A DNA stretch of 64,000 bases, taken from positions 1,627,919-1,691,918 of the forward strand of contig CAWGHJ010000003.1 in the NCBI GenBank assembly GCA_963822385.1, in the 5' to 3' direction. The stretch is from an uncultured Actinomycetes bacterium. GTDB taxonomy: Bacteria > Actinomycetota > Acidimicrobiia > Acidimicrobiales > Ilumatobacteraceae. Positions 10,533 to 20,766 of the stretch are shown here, in pieces. Numbering within the stretch: the stretch's first letter is position 1; each line of letters opens with the position of its first letter. Both the position numbers and the translations under genes were made by a program. The notes under the pieces were generated by a model. That model made no database searches and was not told the DNA's origin. It saw nothing but the letters and a program-made list of their open reading frames with translations.

Positions 10533-11408
10533 TGGCCACGCCGGCGGCCGATGTCGACATCGACGAGGCGCTGGTTCGACGGCTGTTGCAGGCGCAGCGA
10601 CCGGATCTCGCCGGCCTGGCGATCCGGGTCGTGGCGAACGGCTGGGACAACGCGATCGTTCGCCTCGGCGAGGAGTGGATGGTGCGGCTGCCGCGTCGCA
10701 CGGCCGCGGCCACGTTGGTGGAGCACGAGCAGCGCTGGTTGCCCGAGTTGGCACCGCGACTGCCGCTCACCGTTCCCGTGCCGCTGTTCGCCGGCTCCCC
10801 CAGCGACGACTTCCCCTGGCGCTGGAGCCTGTGCCACTGGATCCACGGATCGCCGGCATCCGCCGTGCAGCCCACCGAGCCGACGACAGCGGTCGACGCG
10901 TTGGCATCGTTCCTACGCGCGCTGCACCAGCCCGCTCCGGACGACGCACCGGCGAACCCGGTGCGCGGCGTGCCGCTACGTCACCGACACGACACCGTCC
11001 TGCAACGGTTCGACACGCTGGCCGACGTCGTCGATCGCGAGCCAGCGCTCACGCGTGTGGGAGCGACTGTCCTCGACGCCCCGATGGGACGGCCCGGCGC
11101 TGTGGCTCCACGGCGACCTGCATCCCGCGAACATGCTCACCGCGGACGGATCTCTCGCCGCGATCATCGACTGGGGCGACATCACGGCCGGCGATCCGGC
11201 GACCGACCTCGCCGTCGCCTGGATGATGTTCGATCGGCCGCACCGAGATCGGCTGCGGTCGGTCACCGGCACCGACGACGCCACCTGGCACAGGGCAGGA
11301 GGTTGGGCGCTCAGCCTGGCGCTCGCCTACCTCACCGGCGATGCCGAGTCGCCGATGCCCGCCATCGGCCGACGCACCCTCGCCGAAGTGCTCGACGAGT
11401 TCGGCTGA
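10532..11408 (+). pseudogene. aminoglycoside/phosphotransferase (APH) family kinase, frameshifted near 11040-11056
   Basis: The N-terminal part (GWDNAIVRLGEEWMVRLPRR..) is in one frame. The catalytic part (WLHGDLHPANML...IIDWGDITAGDPATDLA) is in the +1 frame. The ATG overlaps the era stop. Confidence 0.8.
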
Positions 11409-11428
11409 CGCTCGCGTACGATCGGGCG

Positions 11429-11972
11429 ATGATCGCCGTCGTCCGTGCCCTGCACCGATCGTCCGAGTACACGTTCACGAAGGAATCCGTCGACGAACTC
11501 GAGTTGCTCGCCGGACTCGGCGTGGCCGGCGACGTCCATTCAGGAGCAGCGGTTCGGCACCGCAGCCGCATCGAACGCGACCCGACCCAGCCCAACCTGC
11601 GCCAGGTGCACCTGTTCGACGGTGAGGTGCTCGACATGCTCGCCGCCGAGGGCTTCGCCGTCGCACCCGGCGCGCTCGGCGAGAACGTCACGACGAGCGG
11701 GCTCGATGCGCTGTCGCTCCCGACCGGCACGTTGCTGCGCATCGGCGGCGATGCGCTGATCGCGCTCACCGGAGTCCGGAACCCGTGCCGTCAGATCGAG
11801 GCCCGCTTCCCGGGTCTGCTCAAGCGCATGGTCCACCGCGACGACGTCGGGCGAGCTGCACCGTCTGACCGGGGCGATGTCGGTCGTCCTGCAACCCGGC
11901 GTGGTGCGCGTCGGCGACCCGATCGAGGTCGTCCTACCGCCCGGCGCGCCCCAACCCCTCCAACTCGTCTGA
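11429..11972 (+). pseudogene. MOSC domain protein, frameshifted near 11848
   Basis: GENVTTSGLDALSLPTGTLLRIGGDALIALTGVRNPCRQIE reads in one frame. After the shift the sequence is GELHRLTGAMSVVLQPGVVRVGDPIEVVLPPGAPQPLQLV-stop. Confidence 0.75.
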
Positions 11973-11995
11973 CTGGATGGAGTTCCAGAACGCGG

Positions 11996-13555
11996 TCAGA
12001 CCTGGCTGGCGCGGCCGGCCCAGAAGGGGGAACGCAGCTCGCGCTTGAGCACCTTGCCGCTGCCGGTCTTGGGCAACTCGTCGATGAACGTCACCGACCG
12101 CGGCACCTTGTAACCGGCGAGGTGCTCCTTGGCGAACGCGACCACGTCGTCGGTCGTCATCGACCCGCCCTCACGGACGACCACCACCGCGTGGACGGTC
12201 TCGCCCCACTCCTCGCTGGGCACGCCGAACACGGCGACCTCGAGCACGTCGGCGTGGTGCTCGAGCGCGGCCTCGATCTCGGCCGGGTAGATGTTCATGC
12301 CCCCGCTGATGATCATGTCCTTCTTGCGGTCGCAGATGTAGATGTAACCCTCGTCGTCGCGGTAGGCGATGTCGCCGACGGTCTGATAGCCGTGCTTGTT
12401 GTCGGCCATGAACTTGTCGTGCTGCTTGTAGTAGTCGGCGAACACGCTGGGGCTCTTCACGAACAGCTCGCCGGTGTGCTCGGGGCCAACACCCTCGACC
12501 TCGTTGCCCTCGTCGTCGAACAGCTTGATCTCGACCATCGGCGCGGGCTGCCCGCACGAACCGGGCTTGCGCAGTTGGTCCTCTGGACGCAGCACACAGT
12601 TCACGCCCAGCTCGGTGCTGCCGTACACCTCGAACAGGCTGTCGCCCGGGAAGTAGGCGAGGTACATCTGCTTCAGGGCGAAGCTCCACGGCGCGGCGTT
12701 GGCGATCATCCGCTTCATCGAGCCGACGTCGTACTTCGCCTTCACCTCGTCGGGCAGGTTGCAGATCATGCGGATGGGCGTCGGCGCGCTGAACGTGGAC
12801 GTGACGCGGTACTTCTGCACGAGGCGCAGCCAGTCCTCCGGGTTGAACTTGCGCTGCAGCACCACGGTCTGGCCCAGCGTGAGGGCGATGCCCATGAACC
12901 CGCCGGGACCCGAGTGGTAGAGCGGGCCGGTGGGCACGTACACGTCGTCGGGCGTGTACCCGATGTGCGCGAGCAGCGCGGCTCCCTGGGCCGCGCCCTG
13001 CGTACCGCGACGGAGCGCGCCCTTCGGCTTGCCGGTGGTGCCGCTGGTGTAGATCATCGTCGAGCCGGGCTCGGTGGCCTCGGGGATCTCCGGTTCGGTG
13101 GACGGCGCCGAGTCGATGAGCGGGTCGATGGCGATCATCCCGTCGGGGACGTCGCCGTCGAACACCAGGTACTGCTGCACCTGCGGCAGGTCGCCGCGGA
13201 TGCGCTCGAACATGGGCGCGAACTCGGCGTCGACGTAGACGATGGTGGCGTCGCAGTGGTCGGTGACGTACGTGGCCTCCTCGTCGCTGAGGCGGTAGTT
13301 CAACGGCACCGCCGTGACACCCAGCTTGCGGGCCGCATTGATCATCACCACCAGGCCGATGGAGTTCTGCCCGCACCACACGACCTTGCTGTCGCCGGGC
13401 ACCACGCCCATGCCCAACAGCACGTTGGCCAGCTTGTTGGCCTGCTCGTTCAGCTGCGCGTAGGTGAGTTGGCGGACCGTGCCATCGGGACGATCGTCGA
13501 TGACCGCCGGCTTGTTCGGCTGGGTGATCGAGTAGGCGGTCAGGAAGTCGGCCAT
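11996..13555 (-). CDS. AMP-dependent acyl-CoA synthetase/ligase
   Basis: YTSGTTGKPKGA is the AMP-binding motif. Also present are GYQTVGDIAYRDDEGYIYICDRKKDMIISGGMNIYP and GKVLKRELR. Confidence 0.9.
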   Translation of the reverse strand: MADFLTAYSITQPNKPAVIDDRPDGTVRQLTYAQLNEQANKLANVLLGMGVVPGDSKVVWCGQNSIGLVVMINAARKLGVTAVPLNYRLSDEEATYVTDHCDATIVYVDAEFAPMFERIRGDLPQVQQYLVFDGDVPDGMIAIDPLIDSAPSTEPEIPEATEPGSTMIYTSGTTGKPKGALRRGTQGAAQGAALLAHIGYTPDDVYVPTGPLYHSGPGGFMGIALTLGQTVVLQRKFNPEDWLRLVQKYRVTSTFSAPTPIRMICNLPDEVKAKYDVGSMKRMIANAAPWSFALKQMYLAYFPGDSLFEVYGSTELGVNCVLRPEDQLRKPGSCGQPAPMVEIKLFDDEGNEVEGVGPEHTGELFVKSPSVFADYYKQHDKFMADNKHGYQTVGDIAYRDDEGYIYICDRKKDMIISGGMNIYPAEIEAALEHHADVLEVAVFGVPSEEWGETVHAVVVVREGGSMTTDDVVAFAKEHLAGYKVPRSVTFIDELPKTGSGKVLKRELRSPFWAGRASQV

Positions 13556-13689
13556 GAGCGCGCTCCTGAGCGAGTCGGGCGGTGTTCTTCGCAAGTCGTA
13601 GCGGAAACAACGCAGCCCGAACGAGCCGATCCCCATGTGAATCCCCCACGGCTTCACCGTAGAGCATCCGCGAGTGCAATGCTCTCGTC

Positions 13690-14151
13690 ATGGCACCTCG
13701 CATCATCAACGGCAGCGCAGAACTCAAGTCGGCAATCGGCGAGCATCTCGGCTACTCGCCCTGGATGGAGATCTCCCAGGAACGCGTCAACCAGTTCGCC
13801 GAGGCGACGGGCGATCACCAGTGGATCCACATCGACGTCGAGCGCGCCAAGAAGGAGAGCCCCTTCGGTGGCCCGATCGCCCACGGCTATCTCACGCTGT
13901 CGCTCGCGCCGGTGCTGTTGCCGCAGGTGGTCGTGTCCACCGGGTTCAAGATGGGCGTCAACTACGGCTGCAACAAGGTGCGGTTCATGTCGCCGGTGCC
14001 GGTGGGCGCCAACCTGCGCCTCGGCGTCAAGCTGCTCGCGGTCGACGACATCGCCGGCGGTGTCCAGAGCACCTACGAGCTCACCTTCGAGACGGAGGGT
14101 GCCGCCAAGCCGAGCTGCGTCGCCGAAGTCATCTTCCGCAGCTACGAGTGA
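13690..14151 (+). CDS. MaoC-like (R)-specific enoyl-CoA hydratase/dehydratase
   Basis: Hot-dog fold signature FAEATGDHQWIHIDVERAKKESPFGGPIAHGYLTLSL. Confidence 0.9.
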   Translation: MAPRIINGSAELKSAIGEHLGYSPWMEISQERVNQFAEATGDHQWIHIDVERAKKESPFGGPIAHGYLTLSLAPVLLPQVVVSTGFKMGVNYGCNKVRFMSPVPVGANLRLGVKLLAVDDIAGGVQSTYELTFETEGAAKPSCVAEVIFRSYE

Positions 14152-14152
14152 C

Positions 14153-15019
14153 GTGACACGCCCCTCCCTCCATGTGGGGTGCCCGATGTGGGCGCAGCGC
14201 GCATGGGTGGGCAACTACCTCCCCACCGACACGGCGCACGGGCACGAACTGCACCCGTACAGCCGTTTCCTCAACGCGGTCGAAGGCAACACCACCTTCT
14301 ACGCGCTCCCGCCGGCGAGCACCGTCGAGAAGTGGGCGACGCTCGCCGAGCCGGGTTTCCGGTTCGTGTTCAAGGTGCCGCGCTCGATCACCCACGACGC
14401 ACGTCTGCGCGACGTGAAGGCCGAGTTGGCCGCGTTCGTGGAACTGCTGTGGCCACTGGGCGACCTGGTCGGTGGGTTGACGTTGCAGCTGCCGCCGTCG
14501 TTCGGCCCGCGCGACCTGGATGCGCTCGACACGGTGCTGCGCGAGGCCCCTCCGGTGTGGCGTTGGTCGGTGGAGGTGCGGCATCCGGAGTTCTTCGGCG
14601 GCGACGGACGACGCTCACTCGAGCAGGTGCTCGGGCGCCACGGCAGCGAACGGGTCGTGCTCGACACCCAGGAACTGTTCCACCGCACGCCCTACAGCGA
14701 GGCGGGTCGCGAAGAGTGGCGCACCAAGCCGCGAGTGCCGCTCATCGCCGAGCCACTGACCGAGCACCCCATCGTCCGCTTCATCGGCTCGGACCACCCC
14801 GAGCTCACCGATGTCGGTCTGCAGCGCTGGGAGCAGACGATCGCCGAGTGGCTCGACGAGGGCCGCTCCCCGACGCTGTTCGTGCACACCCCCGACAACA
14901 CGCGCAGCCCGGCACTGGCCCGAGCGTTCCACGAGTCGGTGTGCTCCATCGTCGACGGTCTGGAACCCCTGCCCGAGCCCCTGCCGGTCGACCGAGCCGA
15001 GCAGGGCTCGCTGTTCTGA
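14153..15019 (+). CDS. DUF72 family protein
   Basis: VGCPMWAQRAWVGNYLP...YSRFLNAVEGNTTFYALP...FRFVFKVPRSITH is typical DUF72/UPF0759 sequence. The start is uncertain (GTG 14153, GTG 14174 or ATG 14186). Confidence 0.8.
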   Translation: MTRPSLHVGCPMWAQRAWVGNYLPTDTAHGHELHPYSRFLNAVEGNTTFYALPPASTVEKWATLAEPGFRFVFKVPRSITHDARLRDVKAELAAFVELLWPLGDLVGGLTLQLPPSFGPRDLDALDTVLREAPPVWRWSVEVRHPEFFGGDGRRSLEQVLGRHGSERVVLDTQELFHRTPYSEAGREEWRTKPRVPLIAEPLTEHPIVRFIGSDHPELTDVGLQRWEQTIAEWLDEGRSPTLFVHTPDNTRSPALARAFHESVCSIVDGLEPLPEPLPVDRAEQGSLF

Positions 15020-15031
15020 CCGCCCCCGGGC

Positions 15032-15331
15032 TCAGCCCGCCGCAGCGCCGACGAGCAGCAGCGTGGCGAAGGCACCGGCGACGAAGGCCACGCTGACCCA
15101 CGTCCACGGCAACCCGATGAGCAGCAGCACCGAACCCACCGACGCGCCCCAGATGCCCAGGCCCGTGCCGGCGAGCATGCCGACCAGGCCGACACCCAAC
15201 GCCGCGATGCCCGCGACGACGCAGATCATCCGCGCCAACGCCACCGCCGCGCTCGAGGCGACGTCCTTCATGGACGGTCGACGTCGCCGACCGCGCACGT
15301 CCATCTGATCCTCAGGTCGCTCGCGCCGCAT
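15032..15331 (-). CDS. small hypothetical membrane protein
   Basis: 99-aa ORF with a basic N-terminus followed by hydrophobic Gly/Ala-rich helices. No family was recognised. Confidence 0.45.
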   Translation of the reverse strand: MRRERPEDQMDVRGRRRRPSMKDVASSAAVALARMICVVAGIAALGVGLVGMLAGTGLGIWGASVGSVLLLIGLPWTWVSVAFVAGAFATLLLVGAAAG

Positions 15332-15392
15332 CGGTCGCCTCCACCATCGTCACCACCCAACCCTGTCACACCCGTGGGAGAACGGCCTCGCA

Positions 15393-15482
15393 GAACTCGA
15401 GTTCGCGCCGTTCACCAGGAACTTAAGTTCGCGCCGTTCACCAGGAACTTAAGTTCGCGCCGTTCACCAGGAACTCGAGTTC
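15393..15482 (+). repeat. tandem array (4 boxes, 26-bp period) of the GAAC-N4-GTTC repeat family
   Basis: The perfect palindromes are GAACTCGAGTTC (15393), GAACTTAAGTTC (15419, 15445) and GAACTCGAGTTC (15471). They are separated by gcgccgttcaccag. Confidence 0.9.
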
Positions 15483-15497
15483 TGCGCGCGTCCAGAC

Positions 15498-16482
15498 CTA
15501 GCGGAAGTTGGGGATGACGTCCTTGGCGAGCAGTTCCATCGTCTCGGTGTCGGGGTAGTCGCTGCACCACGGGATGAACCCGGTGCAGCCGAGGTCGATG
15601 TAGCGCTGGATCTTCTCGCTGACCTGCTCGGGCGTGCCGACCAGGTTGCCCTCGCTCCAGCTCTCGAGCGCCTCGCCCCAGAAGCTGCGGCTGCCGGCGG
15701 CGGTGACTTCGGCCTCGGTGCTGCGGATGAACACCTCGGGCGACCAGGTCTTGCGGATGGTCGCCTCGTCGCGGCCGACCGCGGCGCAGTGACCCTTCAG
15801 GATCTCGCGCTTGCGCGCCCACTCGTCGGGCTTGCCGCCGAAGTTGCTGCAGTCGGCGTAGCGGGCGACGACCCGCAGCGTCAGTTGCTCACCGCCGCCA
15901 CCGATCCAGATGGGCGGGTGGGGCGACTGCAACGGCTTGGGATCGCACTGTGCACCCTTCAGTTGGTAGTGATCGCCGTCGAAGGTGGTGTCGGGCTCGG
16001 TCCACATGCTCTTCACGATCTGCACGCTCTCGCGCAGCATGCCGATGCGCTCCTTCGGCGCAGGGAAGTCGAACCCGTACCCCTTGTACTCGTGCTCGTA
16101 CCACCCGGCGCCGATGCCCCAGTCCAGACGGCCACCGCTGATGACGTCGATGGTGCTGGTGATCTTCGCCAACACCGACGGTTCGCGGTAGCTGTTGCAG
16201 CCGACCATCTGCCCGAGCCGGACACGCGAGGTCCGCTGGCTGATCGCGGCCATCGTGGTCCACGCCTCGAACACGGCCTCGTGCGGCGGCGCGGGGCACG
16301 TTGTGGAAGTGGTCGTACACCCAGATCGAGTCGTAGCCCAGCTCCTCGGCCAGCACGGCGATGTCGACGGCCTTCTGCCACTTGGCTTCGGCACCGTCGA
16401 TGCCCGACAGTTCCATCTTCCAACCCTGGGGCATGAACACCCCGAAGACGTTCTTGGACAGGTCGCGGGTATCGGTAGCCAT
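15498..16482 (-). pseudogene. LLM-class F420-dependent (luciferase-like) oxidoreductase, frameshifted at about 16293
   Basis: The N-terminus MATDTRDLSKNVFGVFMP..DSIWVYDHFHNVP is in one frame. The remainder (APPHEAVFEAWTTMAAI..TIDVISGGRLDWGIGAGW..) is in another. An extra base in a G/C run at 16293-16296 would explain the shift. Confidence 0.85.
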
Positions 16483-16546
16483 GAGCGGACTGTACCCGTG
16501 TTCCGATGAACCGAGCGGCGTGGTCGCTGGTCTAGGTTGCCGACCC

Positions 16547-18170
16547 ATGACGGCCCAGTTCTCGGTTGCGGAAGTCCACGAAGCCATCGCCGGCACTCGG
16601 CCCGACGACGTCTGTCTGGTGTTCCGCGAGCAGCGCCTCACCTGGGCCGAGGTCACCGAACGCACCCGCCGGCTGGCCAACCACCTCATCGCCGCCGGGC
16701 TCGGCTGTCACACCGAGCGCGACGCACCTGCAGGGCCACGAGAGCGGCCAGGACCACCTGGCCATCTATCTGCACAACGGCAACGAGTACCTCGAGTCGA
16801 TGCTCGGCGCGTTCAAGGCCCGCGTCGCCCCGTTCAACGTCAACTACCGCTACGTCGCCGAGGAGCTGCGCTATCTGCTGCTCGACTCGCAGTGCCGCGG
16901 CCGTCGTCGTGCACAGCCAGTTCGCGCCCACCCTGGCCGAGGTGCTGCCCGATCTCCCGAACCTGAAGGTCATCGTCCAGGTGCCCGACGACAGCGGCAA
17001 CGCGCTGCTGCCCGGGGCGGTGTGGTACGAGGACGCGCTCGCTGCCGCGTCGTCCGACAAGCCGGCGGTCGAGTGGAGCCCCGACGACCTGTACATCCTC
17101 TACACCGGCGGCACCACCGGCATGCCCAAGGGTGTGCTGTGGCGCAACGGCGACGCCAACATCGAGTGCTTCGGCGGCAGCCGCGGCGAGACGCTCGACG
17201 CCGTGCTCGCCGAGGCCACGGGAGGCCTGAAGGCGCTGCTCGCGCCGCCGTTCATGCACGGCGCCGGCCACTGGATGAGCTTCCGCACGTGGAACACGGG
17301 CGGCACCGTGTTCGTGCAGAGCGTGCCCGAGCGGCTCGACCCCGACGACATCTGGGGCCTGATCGAGCGCGAGCAACTGAACTTCCTGCTCATCGTCGGC
17401 GACGCGTTCGGACGCCCACTGCTCGACCGCCTGGCGCACGGGCGAGCTACGACCTGTCGTCGCTGACGGTGCTGCTCTCCGGCGGCGCACCGCTGAGCGC
17501 CCCGCTGAAGGAGGAGTTCCTGCAGCACCTACCGACGCTGATGATCGTCGACGGCCTGGGCTCGTCCGAGGCGGGCGGCCAGCTGTCGCACGTCTCCGCC
17601 GGCAGCGGCGCCACGACCGGCACCTTCCCCATCAGCCCCGGCAACCACGTGCTCAGCGACGACCTCAGCCGCGAGCTCGACGCCGGCGACCCCGAGATCG
17701 GCTGGCTGGCCAAGAGCGGCAACCTGGCCCTCGGCTACCTCGGCGACGCGGCGAAGACCGCGCGCACCTACCCCGTCGTCGACGGCACGCGCTACGCCGT
17801 GCCCGGCGACCGGGCCCGCCTGCGCGCCGACGGCATCATCGAGCTGCACGGTCGCGATTCGGTCACCATCAACTCCGGTGGCGAGAAGATCTTCGCCGAG
17901 GAGGTGGAGGCCGCGGTGAAGGCCCACCCCGGCGTCTACGACTGCGTGGTCGCCGGTCGGCCCAGCGAGCGCTGGGGCAACGAGGTGGTCGCCATCGTCC
18001 GCATCCGCGAGGGCCACACCGTCACCGAGGACGACCTGCGCGCCGAGGCCGAGCGCCACATCGCCCGCTACAAGCTGCCCAAGGCGTTCGTGTTCGTCGA
18101 CGAGGTCGTGCGGTCACCCGCGGGCAAGGCCGACTACCGCTGGGCCAAGCAACAGGCCGCCGACGCCTGA
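16547..18170 (+). pseudogene. acyl-CoA synthetase (FadD-like), about 3 frameshifts (near 16730, 16900, 17440)
   Basis: Homologous segments alternate among three frames: MTAQFSVAEV.., HLAIYLHNGNEYLES.., AAVVVHSQF..YTGGTTGMPKGV.., YDLSSLTVLLSGGAPL...KLPKAFVFVDEVVRSPAGKADY. Confidence 0.85.
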
Positions 18171-18171
18171 C

Positions 18172-18273
18172 GGCCCGAGGTTTTCCGACACGTCGGCCCT
18201 GACCGAGGTTTTCCCGCGCCCCTGGGTGTCCGGAAAACCTCCGTCACGCCGCGGTGGCCGGAAAACCTCGGGT
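18172..18273. terminator. nested double hairpin between convergent genes (putative bidirectional terminator)
   Basis: GGCCCGAGGTTTTCCG (18172) and CCGAGGTTTTCCC (18203) are mirrored by TCCGGAAAACCTCCG (18230) and GCCGGAAAACCTCGGGTC (18258). Confidence 0.5.
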
Positions 18274-18278
18274 CCTGT

Positions 18279-19686
18279 TCACCAGACGGGGTCGATGGGG
18301 GTGATCGTGCCGAAGTGCTGCTCGAGGACCTCGGCGCCGCGCAGGGCGGTGAGGTCGGCGAAGCGGCGGGCCACCACCTGCGCACCCACGGGCGTGCCGT
18401 CGGCCATACCCACGGGCACCACTGCCGCGGGGATGCCGAGGATGTTGCCCGGCAGCACCGGGCGGATGAGTTCGAGCACCGCGCGGGCGTTCTCGACGGA
18501 CTCGACGTCGAAACCCAACTCGAACGGCGGCTGCGCCCACGTCGGCATCAGCAACACGTCGTGCTCGGACAGGAAGCCGTGCCACTCGCGCGCCACCCGG
18601 TTCCGCTCGGCGAACGCGTGCATCAACGTCGGCGTGTCGACCTGCTCGAACACCTCGTCGGCGAACGACAGGAACTTCAGGCCGGCCTCACCCATCACCA
18701 TCTGCAGCAGCGGCAGGTTGGCGCGGACCTCGCTGATCAGAATGGTCGACCACAGCTCGAGCGAATGCTCGAACGACGGCGGCGTGGCCTCCACCACCTC
18801 GTGGCCGGCCGCGAGCGAAGGCCTGACCCGCGGCCTGGATGGCGGCAGCGACCTGCGGGTGGGTGGTGCCACCGGGCGGGTCGGACAGCAGCGCCACCCG
18901 CAACGGCCGCCCCTCGGTGCGATCGACCAGGTCGACCGGCAGCGAGTTGACATCGCGGTCGTGGGCGCCGGCGATCGCCAGGAACCCGGCTCGCACGTCG
19001 GCCACGTGACGGGCCATCGGACCGTCGGTGAGCATGATCTGGCCGGCGATGCCCAGGTCCTCGGGTGGGATGACCGTCGCCGCCGGCACCACCCCGGTGG
19101 TCGGCTTGAGCGAGGTGATGCCGCAGCAGGTGGCCGGGTTGCGCAACGAGCCGCCGATGTCGTTGCCGAAACCCAGCGGGCTCATGCCCGACGCGAGCGC
19201 CGCCCCTTCGCCGCCACTGGAACCGCCAGTCGTGCGGGTGGGGTGCCAGGGGTTGTGGGTGTTGCCGTGCAGCGAACTCTCGGTGGTGACGCGCAGACCC
19301 AGGTCGGGCAGGTTGGTGCGGCCGATGGGAATGCCGCCCGCGAGGCGGACTCGCTCGACCAACGGCGCGTCGACGGGCGACACGGCCTCGGCGAGCATCA
19401 CGACCGCCTGGGTGGTGGGCGTCCCCGCGAGGTCGATGTTCTCCTTCACCGTCACGGGCACGCCGTGGAAGACACCCAGCGGACCACCCGCGGCAACCGC
19501 ACGGTCGGCGGCAGCAGCAGCCTCGAGCGCCGACTGGTCGAGGCGACGCACGACCGCGTTGAGCTTCGGGTTGACGTCGTCGATGCGGGCCAGGTGGGCC
19601 TGCACCACCTCGACACTGCTGACCTCCTTGCGGGCGATCATGCCCGCCAGCTCGAGTGCTCCCCTACGCCACAGTTCGTTGCTCAT
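18279..19686 (-). pseudogene. amidase (amidase-signature family), frameshifted near 18810-18830
   Basis: GVPVTVKENIDLAG.., HNPWHPTRTTGGSSGGEGAALA and NDIGGSLRNPA lie in one frame. The C-terminal 180 aa (AAGHEVVEATPPSFE...) lies in another. Confidence 0.85.
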
Positions 19687-19714
19687 GGCGCGAGATGCTG
19701 CCACAGGAACGGAC

Positions 19715-19995
19715 TCAGTTCAGCAGGCGGAGGTGGTCGACGATGCCCACGGCGTCGTCAGTGGCCTGTGCCAACGTCGGCCGCACCTCCCCCGCCCACA
19801 CACCCGGCTCGCCACGCATCGTGTGCGCCTGGGCCTGGAAGCCGACGTCGGACCCGCCGGGCAGCCCGCCGGCCGCTCGTCGGCCATCAGGGGCTTCACC
19901 TGCAGCCACCATCGACCGACGACGGCGCGACGCACGGTGCGCAGGCTCTCGTCCGGTGGTGCACCGTCGAGCCGCATGTTCGGCAACCGACCCAT
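19715..19995 (-). pseudogene. small hypothetical protein, apparently frameshifted near 19870
   Basis: MGRLPNMRLDGAPPDESLRTVRRAVVGRWWLQVKPLMADE is in one frame. ..GGSDVGFQAQAHTMRGEPGVWAGEVRPTLAQATDDAVGIVDHLRLLN-stop is in another. No family was recognised. Confidence 0.3.
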
Positions 19996-20060
19996 CGGCC
20001 GAACAGTAACCGTCGTCGCCCAACGGGCACCCGGCACGACGGCCCGTTAGCCTGCACCCG

Positions 20061-20765
20061 ATGGCCGAACGCAGCTGGGACACCGAGCAACTTCCCGAGG
20101 GCGACGAGAAGGTGCAGGCCGTTCGACAGATGTTCGACACCATCGCGCCGCGCTACGACATGGTGAACCGCATCATGACGTTCCGCCTCGACGTGCGCTG
20201 GCGCAAGAAGGCCGTGAAGCTGCTCGCGCTGCCCGCAGGCAGCACGGTCATCGACCTCGCTTCCGGCACCGGCGATCTGTGCATCGACCTGCAGAAGTCC
20301 GGCGCACTGCCCATCTCGTTCGACCTCAGCTACGGCATGTTGGCCAACGACCGCAGCGGCAGCCCGCGGGTGCAGGCCGACATCCTCCGCCTGCCGCTGC
20401 CCGACGGTTCGGTCGACGGCGCGACGTGCGGCTTCGCGCTGCGGAACCTGCTCGAGCTGCCGGCGTTCTTCGCCGAGCTGGCCCGCGTCGTCCGGCCCGG
20501 CGGGCGCATCGCCCTGCTCGACGTGGGCATCCCCCACAACAAGGTCGTCCGCTGGGGCAACAACATCTACTTCGGCAAGGTGGTGCCGAAGATCGGCGGC
20601 ATGCTCAGCGACGGCCCGGCGTACCGTTACCTGCCCAAGAGCGTCGCCTACCTGCCCCCTCGGGAGCAGATGGTGCAGATGCTGCGCGACGCCGGGTTCG
20701 CCGACGCCGAACACCACCAGCTGTCCGGCGGGCTGACGCAGTTGATGGTCGGCACCCGCCGCTGA
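20061..20765 (+). CDS. menG: demethylmenaquinone / ubiquinone-menaquinone C-methyltransferase
   Basis: MFDTIAPRYDMVNRIMTFRLDVRWRK, SAM motif VIDLASGTGDL and FALRNL match the UbiE/MenG family. The gene sits in the men gene context. Confidence 0.9.
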   Translation: MAERSWDTEQLPEGDEKVQAVRQMFDTIAPRYDMVNRIMTFRLDVRWRKKAVKLLALPAGSTVIDLASGTGDLCIDLQKSGALPISFDLSYGMLANDRSGSPRVQADILRLPLPDGSVDGATCGFALRNLLELPAFFAELARVVRPGGRIALLDVGIPHNKVVRWGNNIYFGKVVPKIGGMLSDGPAYRYLPKSVAYLPPREQMVQMLRDAGFADAEHHQLSGGLTQLMVGTRR

Positions 20766-20766
20766 C

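Noticed and set aside
9761-15019. 1752-aa ORF, the longest in the window
   Set aside because: It is a read-through artefact of a stop-poor high-G+C frame. Only short stretches are real coding sequence: the APH N-terminus, the MOSC N-terminus and DUF72. The rest is Arg/Ala/Pro-rich nonsense antisense to, or out of frame with, well-supported genes such as the acyl-CoA synthetase at 11996-13555.
18276-18285. GTTCACCAG next to the nested hairpin, resembling the linker of the 26-bp repeat
   Set aside because: It encodes the amidase C-terminus (..PVW-stop) and lacks the GAAC-N4-GTTC box, so the match is coincidental.
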